64,000 bases of DNA from assembly GCA_002269645.1 (NCBI GenBank), contig NIVC01003530.1, positions 1-64,000 of the forward strand, read 5' to 3'. This stretch comes from Macrostomum lignano. Taxonomy: Eukaryota. Of this stretch, positions 10,837 to 19,935 are shown in pieces; the stretch's first letter is position 1, and each line of letters starts with the position of its first letter. The notes beneath the pieces are model-generated. The model was not told the origin of the DNA and ran no database searches. It worked only from the letters and a program-made list of their open reading frames with translations. A program made the position numbers and the translations under genes.

Positions 10837-11493
10837 TCATTGTGCATTTCTCGTTGTACTTCTCGTTGTCCTTCTTTCCGCATAATGTTGAAAAACTTTC
10901 TCGAGTTCATTTCTCAGCTGACTCATGTCATCAGTACCGACCATGTTCAAGTTCATTCGAATTGATTGTTCATAAAGATCCTGAATGGTTTTGAACTCAT
11001 CCTCTGAAATGAACTTATCCTCGATTGCCCTTGAAATGTACCCTATGATTGATGTGTGCACCCCTTTCTCTTTTACTTGCTTCTCCTGTAGCTGCTTTAG
11101 TTTTTTTCGCCTGTTTCGCGCTACTGCTCCAGTAATTGCTGAAATAAGTCCACATGCAGCACCCACAGAGCCGAGCGGGATTGCGATTGGGGCTGTGATG
11201 ACTGGCAACACTGAGACAGCTGCAGCAGATCCAGATAGAACAGACACAGATCCTAGAATCATATTGCTGTAGTCGAAAAATTTACAGTGGCTTTCATAGC
11301 GTTTAATTTTCTTTGTGTTGTGGAAAATATTTTTTTCAAGATCATCTCGCATTTTTTGAATCTCTACCAGTCGAAACTGTTGAGAGTTACAAGTAATGAC
11401 GGGGTAGAGTTTTTGTTGCTCATATTGGGGTGCACTAGGTGCACTAGGTGTTGTGGGAGCGTTCGGATCATAAAGAGAATTTTGAGCATCCAT
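10837..11493 (-). CDS. Membrane-hairpin protein resembling adintovirus GasderminX-type proteins (218 aa)
   Basis: LYP...FRLVEIQKMRDDLE, then a long hydrophobic hairpin (MILGSVSVL...GLISAITGAVA), a basic RNRRKK and ISRAIEDKFISEDEF. Family assignment is from recollection. Confidence 0.65.
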   Translation of the reverse strand: MDAQNSLYDPNAPTTPSAPSAPQYEQQKLYPVITCNSQQFRLVEIQKMRDDLEKNIFHNTKKIKRYESHCKFFDYSNMILGSVSVLSGSAAAVSVLPVITAPIAIPLGSVGAACGLISAITGAVARNRRKKLKQLQEKQVKEKGVHTSIIGYISRAIEDKFISEDEFKTIQDLYEQSIRMNLNMVGTDDMSQLRNELEKVFQHYAERRTTRSTTRNAQ

Positions 11494-11601
11494 TTTTAAG
11501 GGAATTTTTTTTAAAAAATCGGCAACTAGTTGGTGGTGGTTAGATTTGTTTTACGGTTGATTGCTTCGTCTGCAGTCACGGCAACGGGTCTCTGAATCTG
11601 C

Positions 11602-12345
11602 CTATTCATTATCTGTGAGCTCCATTCTACGCATGATCTCAAACAAGTCGGTTGGATCACTTGTTTCCCTTGTGGTCTGTGGTGCCTCTTCAGCGTCAAT
11701 GTTTTTGAGATTATGCAAGCGTTCAAGACGACCGATTCTTCTCACCGATTTCTGCCATTCGGTAAAAACTAAATCTACAAAGACTTTATTTGCAGTAATT
11801 CTTACTTTGATTTGATCATGCAACGCTGTTGACTGAGTCATGAACTCTTCTAAATTCCTCACTTTACATGTGTTGGTTGCGACGTTTTCTTTAATTCTAT
11901 CATGCAATGCTGTTGACTGGTTCATGAACTCTTCTAAATTCCTCACTTTAACTGCGTTTGTGAAAACTCCTTCTTCAAGAATGCGCATCCGCCTATCAAT
12001 GGAGTTTCTCAGAAGATTAATTGTCGATGCTAAATTTGTTCTTAAACCGTTGATTTGCGAGACTATCGAAGTTATTTCTGACCTAAGTTCATTAGTGCTG
12101 TGATCAAACTGTGCATAAAGCTTATCACTGTCAAACTTCTGTCTAGCTACTTTAAGCCTGAGATCTTCTATGTTTATCTGTAGCTGGTGCATGGAGCGCT
12201 CTAATTGTTTCAGTCTGTTTTTATTCAGTTTGATCTCTGGGATCTTTTCGTCGCTGTTGATATATCGCCTGTCAAGGATGGATACTTGAGCTGATGTAAG
12301 AGCGCTGTTGCCAGAAATGGATTCACCTGCAAAGTTTATTGACAT
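11602..12345 (-). CDS. Coiled-coil protein (247 aa), possible fibre/spike-like
   Basis: Clean ORF with heptad-rich sequence and an internal 28-aa duplication (KVRNLEEFM[N/T]QSTALHD[R/Q]IK). Confidence 0.6.
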   Translation of the reverse strand: MSINFAGESISGNSALTSAQVSILDRRYINSDEKIPEIKLNKNRLKQLERSMHQLQINIEDLRLKVARQKFDSDKLYAQFDHSTNELRSEITSIVSQINGLRTNLASTINLLRNSIDRRMRILEEGVFTNAVKVRNLEEFMNQSTALHDRIKENVATNTCKVRNLEEFMTQSTALHDQIKVRITANKVFVDLVFTEWQKSVRRIGRLERLHNLKNIDAEEAPQTTRETSDPTDLFEIMRRMELTDNE

Positions 12346-12361
12346 CTTTTAATAGCAAATT

Positions 12362-13162
12362 TTAAATTACAGTTCTTTTTTCTTTGCTGATAATCACAAA
12401 CTGGTAAGGCTGATTCCACTTGTCATAGCAAAGATTAACGAATTCCTCTTGTGAAATCTTTCTGCTTGAGTTTTTTGTTGGATTTATGAAATAGGCAGGC
12501 GCAATGACCTCATTGTAAAATCTTTTTAACCTGTCCTGTGGAATGGTTGGAAACAGGAGAATCAGATTGCAGTTCCCACGAATTGTTTTGTTCGGGAGCT
12601 CGAACCAGTTCTGTGCAATGTAAATTACATTACAATTGTTATGTCGCCCTCTTGTAAAATAGTTTTCTATCTGCTTCTGTGGGCCTGTCATACAATCATC
12701 AAAGACGATCAAATGCTTTCTCCCCTTTTCTAGCTCATCTGGTTGGGGTAGAAGTTTGGTCTTTGGATCAGCCTGTGGATCTCCATAGGTGAACACTTTA
12801 ATGTTCTGCCATTTTTCATTGTCTTTGAGGTGCTTTGCATATTCGGCAGCTACAATTTCAGGGTTACTGGGAAGGCTCATTTGGTTATTAAAACATGCAA
12901 TAATGTCCTCTTTGTTCAGCTTGTTTTGAAGCCCTGCAATCAGCATTCTATACTCATCTTGATACAGTGTGGGAGAGTAGATGTGCAGAGTGTCATAGTC
13001 GATAAATCCAGGTCTAAGAAGCATGTTAAAGACTCTGAATGTTTTACCTGAACCTGACGAACCAACAACAATGCATCTGAAGTGACTCGGGATTGACTCA
13101 TGATGAGAAAACTTAATCTGATTACGCGTCCAGTGAGGATTGAAGTCGTTTGAAAAGTCCAT
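12362..13162 (-). CDS. A32/FtsK-HerA-like genome-packaging ATPase
   Basis: Walker A VVGSSGSGKT, Walker B LIVFDD, arginine motif FTRGRHNNCNVIYIAQ, and IRGNCNLILLF. Confidence 0.95.
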   Translation of the reverse strand: MDFSNDFNPHWTRNQIKFSHHESIPSHFRCIVVGSSGSGKTFRVFNMLLRPGFIDYDTLHIYSPTLYQDEYRMLIAGLQNKLNKEDIIACFNNQMSLPSNPEIVAAEYAKHLKDNEKWQNIKVFTYGDPQADPKTKLLPQPDELEKGRKHLIVFDDCMTGPQKQIENYFTRGRHNNCNVIYIAQNWFELPNKTIRGNCNLILLFPTIPQDRLKRFYNEVIAPAYFINPTKNSSRKISQEEFVNLCYDKWNQPYQFVIISKEKRTVI

Positions 13163-13204
13163 TTTTTTCTATGATGAAAAAAAAATAATTAAATAATAAA
13201 TAAT

Positions 13205-13393
13205 TTAGATGTGTCATTTTGGGACTTAGATGTGTCATTTTGGGACTTAGATGTGTCATTTTGGGACTTAGATGTGTCATTTTGGGACTTAGATGTGTCA
13301 TTTTGGTACTTAATTGTGTCATTTTGGGACTTAGATGTGTCATTTTGGGACTTAGATGTGTCATTTTGGGACTTAGATGTGTCATTTTGAGAC
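13205..13393 (+). repeat. 21-bp tandem repeat (TTAGATGTGTCATTTTGGGAC) x~9 inside the Polinton
   Basis: Read directly from the sequence, between the ATPase gene and a core-protein gene. Confidence 0.95.
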
Positions 13394-13436
13394 TAGTCTT
13401 GTACCTTTACATTTCTTGTACCCTCGGAAAGTACCT

Positions 13437-13823
13437 TTAGTCAAATTTGAAACCACTTCCTTTTTTAATGCTTGCTCTCATCTTCTCATAGACTGCAGGG
13501 TCCACACTGTCTGGGTTTGGGGCCAGCGGGGCCAGCGGAGCCAGAGGTTGAATCTCTTGTTTAGGTGTTACAGTATCCTTTATCTTTTTGGCTGCTGTGG
13601 CTACACTGCCAGCCGCTTCGGCAACGTTCTTGATGTTCTCTTTGTTCTCTCCAATGACCTTAAAAATCTTAGCCCCCTGAGCGATCAAATCGGCAAGGCC
13701 ATTCCCGGAGCGCTCTTTTCTTGGATAGTGGCCTGCAGGGAAAAGTCCAGATCCGCGTTTAATAAGATTAAGTTCCTCTTTGTCATAGTATTTGTCAATG
13801 TCTTTTTCGAAAATAAGTGGCAT
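13437..13823 (-). CDS. Putative virion core/membrane-lytic protein with GxG motifs (128 aa from MPLIFE)
   Basis: KRGSGLF, RSGNGLADLIAQGAKIFKVIG (amphipathic helix after GxG) and KKGSGFKFD. ATG at 13823 follows an A-tract. Confidence 0.6.
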   Translation of the reverse strand: MPLIFEKDIDKYYDKEELNLIKRGSGLFPAGHYPRKERSGNGLADLIAQGAKIFKVIGENKENIKNVAEAAGSVATAAKKIKDTVTPKQEIQPLAPLAPLAPNPDSVDPAVYEKMRASIKKGSGFKFD

Positions 13824-13839
13824 TTTTACTTGAAATAAA

Positions 13840-15023
13840 TTATTTTTTGTTGAACCGCGAAAGCAGAAGCTCTCTCGCCCTTTTATCGATGTATTTTCTC
13901 TCAAGCATTTTGTCCAGGATGTTGACAAATTCTTTTCTATTCTCGTCTTTCATTCCGGTCTTTGCCGCTCCTAGAAGAACCGCTACTCGCTTGTAGATTT
14001 CAGCTATTCCTTTTCCAGATTTGGGTGGTTGGTCTTGGGGTTGTGGAGTTGGTTGGGCTTGTGGCTGCTGGGGAGGTGATCCAAAAGACTGCTCACTTTC
14101 AGAGATGGAACTGTCATGTGGCGCCTGTCTTTGTTGAGGTGTGAAAACTCTTTGCTTGATTCTGTTCATTCGATCTGGAGAGTGTTGTTCTAAGTTTGCC
14201 AGTCTGTTGGGTGATCATTTTTATACTTAGCTACTTGAGTCGGATCTGCATTTTCCAGTTGCCTGAGTACTTGTTCTTCTGTGAAATGTTGCTGCTGTTG
14301 TGGCGGTTGCTGTTGTTGCTGTTGTTGTTGTTGTTGTTGTCTTATGACCTCTTCCTGATCCGGCAAACCAAACCATTGTTTAAAGTATTTGTATTTTCTA
14401 AATCTGTTCAAGACAATCCCGTTTTCATGTAAAATTTTCAAAACACCGTTGTTCTTGAGCATATCTATATCCCTATCGAGAGCAAAGGTAACAAGATCTT
14501 TGTAATTTTTGAGCTGCTTTTTAGACGTATTCTCTAGATTTTTAGTCATGTAATCAAGTAAAGTTTGAGTGAACTGGATTCTTTTAGTTTTTGCGCCTTT
14601 ATTGATTGAAATGTTTTCCTTTGTCACTTCAATGTTGTAATCCACCGGTTCCTTGGTAATTTCTTTTCGCCAGGCGCTAATTCCAAAAATATATTTTCCA
14701 TCATCCACTACGGGGCCAAAAAAGTTATCCGTCACTTTCATCTGCACCGGTTGTCCTGGTTCCTGAGCCTGTGGTTGTCCTGGTGAAGATGGGATTTTAC
14801 CCAATGTGTTTTGCAAGTGGCTCTCTTGAATATCATCAACTGCTTCCTTCACAGTGTCGAGGTTTTTCTTCGCTTCTGTGTATCCGGGTTTGTGAAATTC
14901 GGTGGCTGCTTGGACAAACTCATTGTAGGATTGTTGCTCCTTATTTATTAGCCCGGTAACTCGTTTCTCTGCTTGTGCTAGCTTCTCCAATTCAGATATC
15001 TGCTGTGTACTTTTTCGCTTCAT
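13840..15023 (-). CDS. Polinton PZ-like conserved protein; probably one gene split by a frameshift near 14190
   Basis: N-terminal coiled-coil with EFHKPGY, a polyQ stretch, and C-terminal KSGKG...KRVAVLLGAAKTG...EFVNILDKML...I. The two ORFs join with a single frameshift (…NLEQHSPDRMNRIK). Confidence 0.6.
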
Positions 15024-15053
15024 TTCTTATTTTATTTTATTTTTAGTTAAAAA

Positions 15054-16340
15054 ATGAACGACCCACTGACACCAGTTTTCTACAAAATTAACAAGCCTAT
15101 TTTGAGTGATGATAGCACAATCAAAGCGACTCAGGTAAGAGTTCCCAGTCAGGAAAATCAGAATGAAACTAATCTTGGTCCTGGCCAAACACTGACATTT
15201 ACATACAATGGATGTTCGTCTTTGGTTAGTGTGCACAGTCTTAAGAGCGGCTTCCATATGACATTTCAATTCAAGACAAAGGGTGGTGCGGATGCGGCTC
15301 GTGCTAACGTTGACAAGCATGATGCGGATGTGGCTCTGATCAGTAACTTTTGGGCGTACATGTTCAAGGAGTTTAGTGTATCGAATGGGAGCACTGAGTT
15401 GGAGCGAATCGCCAACTTTGGAATTGTCTATGACGCTCATTGTTTGATCGAGAATCCTGATTTTATTCAGTTGGGAAGTGGTGCGGGTTTTATCGCAGAT
15501 GAAAAAGAAGGAGACACCAATGACAGTGGCTATAAAAAGAGGAAGAAGAGATACAACTATGCATTGCAAGGTGCAGATGATGCTGCTAAAAACCCGCTGT
15601 ATCGGTCTGTTGATGTATTTGTACCACTGAGATTCATGAGTGGATTCTGTAATACATTTAATCGACTGACTAGTAACTTTAGCTACACCTTTAGGATGAC
15701 TAGAGATGATCGCAGTAGAGTGTTGTGGACTGGGGCGGATCACACAAGGATGGAGGTGAAGCTAACCGGAATCGAGCTGTATTTGGAAGTCATTGAGCCA
15801 AAGACTGCACTAAAAGCGGATTATCTTAAGGCAATAGAGAAGGACATTGATGTTGCATACACGGCCTACATGTGTCGAGATGAGCGAAACGAAACTAGAA
15901 CAAACATCTGCATTAAAGAGGGATCATGCAGCAATCCACGGTATATTATTATTAACATGAGAAACCCAAATAGCATTATACGCTACATGCATGGAGACGT
16001 GCGGTCCATTCAGCATGAAATCAGTGATAATCTTTACCCTGCACTGCCACAAAATGGAGATTTCAGTCAGAACAAGATTAGCAAATTTTACAGCGAGTTG
16101 GTCGACTTGGCTGTGAAAGAGAACAATGGAATTGCTATCACTGCTCTTCAATATGGAACTCTATATCCGATGTTTGGCGCTGATGTGTCTGCCAGACAAA
16201 TGCCTACTGATAACAGCCCTGTGAATATCGTGACTAACATTGAAAGGACTACCGCAACACCCGTGGACCTGTACATTATCTATGCATTTGAGAGGAAGGT
16301 GAAGCTTAACATGATCAACAATTCATCCAGTAAAGTTTAA
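15054..16340 (+). CDS. Major capsid protein (double jelly-roll, Polinton PY/hexon), 428 aa, intact
   Basis: Size and position fit, with the pattern DDSTIKATQ...NLGPGQTLTF...LISNFWAYMFKEFSV..GSTELERIANFG and beta-rich composition; lies directly upstream of the penton-like gene. Confidence 0.82.
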   Translation: MNDPLTPVFYKINKPILSDDSTIKATQVRVPSQENQNETNLGPGQTLTFTYNGCSSLVSVHSLKSGFHMTFQFKTKGGADAARANVDKHDADVALISNFWAYMFKEFSVSNGSTELERIANFGIVYDAHCLIENPDFIQLGSGAGFIADEKEGDTNDSGYKKRKKRYNYALQGADDAAKNPLYRSVDVFVPLRFMSGFCNTFNRLTSNFSYTFRMTRDDRSRVLWTGADHTRMEVKLTGIELYLEVIEPKTALKADYLKAIEKDIDVAYTAYMCRDERNETRTNICIKEGSCSNPRYIIINMRNPNSIIRYMHGDVRSIQHEISDNLYPALPQNGDFSQNKISKFYSELVDLAVKENNGIAITALQYGTLYPMFGADVSARQMPTDNSPVNIVTNIERTTATPVDLYIIYAFERKVKLNMINNSSSKV

Positions 16341-16364
16341 ATATTTTTTTTGTGGGTGAAAAAA

Positions 16365-17228
16365 ATGGAAGCTATAGCCGAAAGACTAAACAATATTATT
16401 TCGCACTCCAAGGAGAGCATTCCTATTACAATAACTGGGCGGATTAATGACTCAAACGGGATATTTGTTCAAAAATTAGAGCAGGCGATTAGCCTGGATC
16501 CAGGTGCTAATTACCATGTCTATCTTAACGACTTCACTGGTTGGTCAAACGTTCCCAATGTGACGGCAGCAAATAATAAGTTTTATTACAAATGGAAAGG
16601 TGCAGCAGCAGAACCTGTGGTATTCCCTGTGAGCACGCAAAGTGTGGATACCTACAATTACTTTCAAGAAAACGTCTTTACTAAAAGAGGCCATTTTGAG
16701 ACACCTGATATGAGTAAGCCAGAGAAGAAACTGTTCCCTGTTAAACTAACCTATGATCTCACTGTAATGAGAGTGGTCATGCAAGTTCACAAAGATGCGG
16801 AGGTTGAGTTTAAAGATGACACTTGGTATAGGGAATTGGGATTCGTGAAGAAAGTTTATAAGGCAGAATCCACAGCGCGGACTGTCACTCAAGCATCGGG
16901 GGCCGTTAGCATGGCCCGGGAAAGTGTACGCGGTTTGTTCTTAGCACCCAATATAGCAGACATTGTAAAGGGTTTGAATATTCTAATCAGAACTAATCTC
17001 AGTCTTGATTGGGTATTTAAGGGAAAGCGAACTAATATTTTGTACAACATCTCCAACTCTGTAGCTGGAGGACAGATGGTGGTAGAGAAACCAAATCCAG
17101 TGAAAAGAGTTGTATTGAGTAATAAGGAGATTCACGAGATTGTGCTTCAGTTTGAGACTGAAGATGGGATGGGCGTTGATTTTAATGGGGAAGAGTTTGT
17201 ATTGACGTTAATCATTGAGAGAATGTGA
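16365..17228 (+). CDS. Minor capsid protein (penton, single jelly-roll, Polinton PX), intact
   Basis: AISLDPGANYHVYLNDFTGWSNVPNVTAANNKFYY and C-terminal IHEIVLQFETEDGMGVDFNGEEFVLTLIIE are typical Polinton penton patterns. Confidence 0.8.
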   Translation: MEAIAERLNNIISHSKESIPITITGRINDSNGIFVQKLEQAISLDPGANYHVYLNDFTGWSNVPNVTAANNKFYYKWKGAAAEPVVFPVSTQSVDTYNYFQENVFTKRGHFETPDMSKPEKKLFPVKLTYDLTVMRVVMQVHKDAEVEFKDDTWYRELGFVKKVYKAESTARTVTQASGAVSMARESVRGLFLAPNIADIVKGLNILIRTNLSLDWVFKGKRTNILYNISNSVAGGQMVVEKPNPVKRVVLSNKEIHEIVLQFETEDGMGVDFNGEEFVLTLIIERM

Positions 17229-17232
17229 GAAA

Positions 17233-17499
17233 TCACAATTGCCTAATGATTTCTGCAAAGTTATAGTAGCTGTCATAATCTTTTACATAGGTTACTCCAT
17301 ACTTATGAAACCAATGTCTTTGGAGAGCTTGATTAATATTAGGGACATTGATTTGAACGTCGGGCCAATATTTTCTCATGTATTCGCTGCATTCAAGTTT
17401 GCATCGGTACTTACTCTTGTAATTAGGCTCGTGCGTTTTGTAATAAGAACCTGGAGAGACAACTGGAAACATTTTTATTGAAAATTTAATTTTTTTCAA
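17233..17499 (-). CDS. Small orphan ORF (79-88 aa) convergent with the penton gene
   Basis: Tyr/Trp-rich, non-repetitive ORF filling the gap before the right TIR. No recognised motif. Confidence 0.4.
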   Translation of the reverse strand: MKKIKFSIKMFPVVSPGSYYKTHEPNYKSKYRCKLECSEYMRKYWPDVQINVPNINQALQRHWFHKYGVTYVKDYDSYYNFAEIIRQL

Positions 17500-17547
17500 A
17501 GGGTAAGGACCCTGCGCTGATGATTTAAAGTCTTAGGGATCTGGTTT

Positions 17548-17952
17548 CACGTTGCGGATTGAATGTGGGGAGAAGAATGCAGATTATTTTCTGATTGTTT
17601 CGAAGATGCTATGGGTGGATGTCAGTGGATTATGTCAGTGTCAGTGAGCATAACAGGTGTCCTACTGTTATGCTCTGATTCTGTCAGGGATAATGCTCTG
17701 ATTCTGTCAGGGATAATATGGATGGATTTAATAGGATTGTGGAGGATGTTTTGTGAGCGAGTGCGACCCCCCTTTTTTTCTGATTCTGTCGGGGATAATA
17801 TGGATGGATTTAGGTGGATTATGGAGGACGTTTTCGGAGCGAGTGCGACCCCCCTTTTTTTCTGATTCTGTCAGGGATAATATGGATGGATTTAAAAGGA
17901 TTATGGAGGAGGTGAAAAATTTTGTCCCAGAAGCCCCCTCATGCCTTCTACT
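17548..17952 (-). repeat. Right terminal inverted repeat of the Polinton
   Basis: Inverted copy of 1917-2238 with internal tandem subunits (TGATTCTGTCAGGGATAATATGGATGGATTTA...). Confidence 0.95.
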
Positions 17953-19021
17953 GAACGGAGAGACAGTCGGTTCCGCACTCGTTCACCAGCCACTTGAGAC
18001 AGGAGTTAGTCGCTCTATTCACAGCGGCACAGTGAATGGCAGTGCACTGGAGTCGGCCAGGCTGATGGAAGCAGTCGGATCCGAGGACTGATTTGAAGAA
18101 CTGCATGGAATCGGCGCCCTGCTTCCAAGCAGCGAGATGGACGGGAGTGTCTCCTTGTTGGTCTCGAACGGAGAGACAGTCGGTTCCGCACTCGTTCACC
18201 AGCCACTTGAGACAGGAGTTAGTCTCATTCATAGCGGCATGGTGAATGGCAGTGCGTTGGAAATTGCCAGGCTGATGGAAGCAGTCGGATCCGAGGACTG
18301 ATTTGAAAAACTGCATGGAATCGGCGCCCTGCTTCCAAGCAGCGAGATGGACGGGAGTGTCTCCATCTTGGTCTCGAACGGAGAGACAGTCGGTTCCGCA
18401 CTCGTTCACCAGCCACTTGAGACAGGAGTTAGTCGCTCTATTCACAGCGGCACAGTGAATGGCAGTGCACTGGAGTCGGCCAGGCTGATGGAAGCAGTCG
18501 GATCCGAGGACTGATTTGAAAAACTGCATGGAATCGGCGCCCTGCTTCCAAGCAGCGAGATGGACGGGAGTGTCTCCATCTTGGTCTCGAAAGGAGAGAC
18601 AGTCGGTTCCGCACTCGTTCACCAGCCACTTGAGACAGGAGTTAGTTTTTTCATTCGTAGCGGCCCAGTGAATGGCAGTGCGTTGGACTTGGCCAGGCTG
18701 ATGGAAGCAGTCGGATCCGAGGCTGCGGTGAATGAGCTCCATCCATGACTCATCTCGAAACAAGGCAGCCAGGTGCACAGGAGTGTTGCCTCTTTCGTTG
18801 GTGCAGGTGAGGCAGTCGGGTCCCAGTTTCTTAATAAGAGCCTCAAAGCAGCGGAGACCGTCGGATAGATAGGTCACGTGATGAGCAATGGACTGCTCCA
18901 ACTGTTTGATGTTGAGTGCGAAGTTGGCGTCGAGCTGCCGGCAGAGGGGGAAGAGGCGGCCTGCGTCCTTGGCACGGAGGGCTGCAGCGACTTCTTCGCG
19001 CACTGAGGCTTGCCGGGCCAT
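17953..19021 (-). pseudogene. Ankyrin-repeat/kinase gene copy A, 5' part (interrupted by the Polinton)
   Basis: MARQASV... N-terminus identical to copy B. The ankyrin array is cut at the GAACGG TSD. Confidence 0.9.
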
Positions 19022-19070
19022 GTCTGCAGAGTGGCGCGGACTGCGAGCGCGCTGGGCTGCTCTGTGCCGC

Positions 19071-19077
19071 TTTTATA
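19071..19077 (-). promoter_or_regulatory. TATA box (TATAAAA) ~50 nt upstream of the ankyrin-kinase copy A ATG
   Basis: CCGCCCATATAAAAGCGGC on the minus strand, identical in copy B. Confidence 0.55.
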
Positions 19078-19215
19078 TGGGCGGTGCGGAGAGGCGGGCT
19101 GAGCGGCACCCGAGCCAGACTACTGTGAGTAGGCAAAGCAGAGTAAACTGCAGATGCTGTGCCGAGTCTGTCAGTTCTGAGCTCGGAACTCAGCGAGACC
19201 GACTGCTGGCCGCAG

Positions 19216-19935
19216 GTGCGCGACACGGGAAGGTGAGCGACACGGGAAGGTGAGCGACACGGGAAGGTGAGCGACACGGGAAGGTGAGCGACACGGGAAG
19301 GTGAGCGACACGGGAAGGTGAGCGACACGGGAAGGTGAGCGACACGGGAAGGTGAGCGACACGGGAAGGTGAGCGACACGGGAAGGTGAGCGACACGGGA
19401 AGGTGAGCGACACGGGAAGGTGAGCGACACGGGAAGGTGAGCGACACGGGAAGGTGAGCGACACGGGAAGGTGAGCGACACGGGAAGGTGAGCGACACGG
19501 GAAGGTGAGCGACACGGGAAGGTGAGCGACACGGGAAGGTGAGCGACACGGGAAGGTGAGCGACACGGGAAGGTGAGCGACACGGGAAGGTGAGCGACAC
19601 GGGAAGGTGAGCGACACGGGAAGGTGAGCGACACAGGAAGGTGAGCGACACGGGAAGGTGAGCGACACGGGAAGGTGAGCGACACGGGAAGGTGAGCGAC
19701 ACGGGAAGGTGAGCGACACGGGAAGGTGAGCGACACGGGAAGGTGAGCGACACGGGAAGGTGAGCGACACGGGAAGGTGAGCGACACGGGAAGGTGCGCG
19801 ACACGGGAAGGTGAGCGACACGGGAAGGTGAGCGACACGGGAAGGTGAGCGACACGGGAAGGTGAGCGACACAGGAAGGTGAGCGACACGGGAAGGTGAG
19901 CGACACGGGAAGGTGAGCGACACGGGAAGGTGAGC
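19216..19935 (+). repeat. 17-bp minisatellite (GTGAGCGACACGGGAAG) x42
   Basis: 714 bp / 17 = 42 units, upstream of ankyrin-kinase A. Confidence 0.95.

Larger units (their letters stand above)
1917..17952. mobile_element. Full-length Polinton/Maverick (adintovirus-like endogenous dsDNA virus), 16,036 bp
   Basis: Starts AGTAGAAGGCATGAGG (1917) and ends CCTCATGCCTTCTACT (17952). Flanked by a 6-bp direct repeat GAACGG (1911-1916, 17953-17958). The same site is empty (CTCGAACGGAGAGAC) in every other ankyrin unit. Encodes INT, pPolB, protease, ATPase, MCP and penton. AT-rich compared with host exons. Confidence 0.97.
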
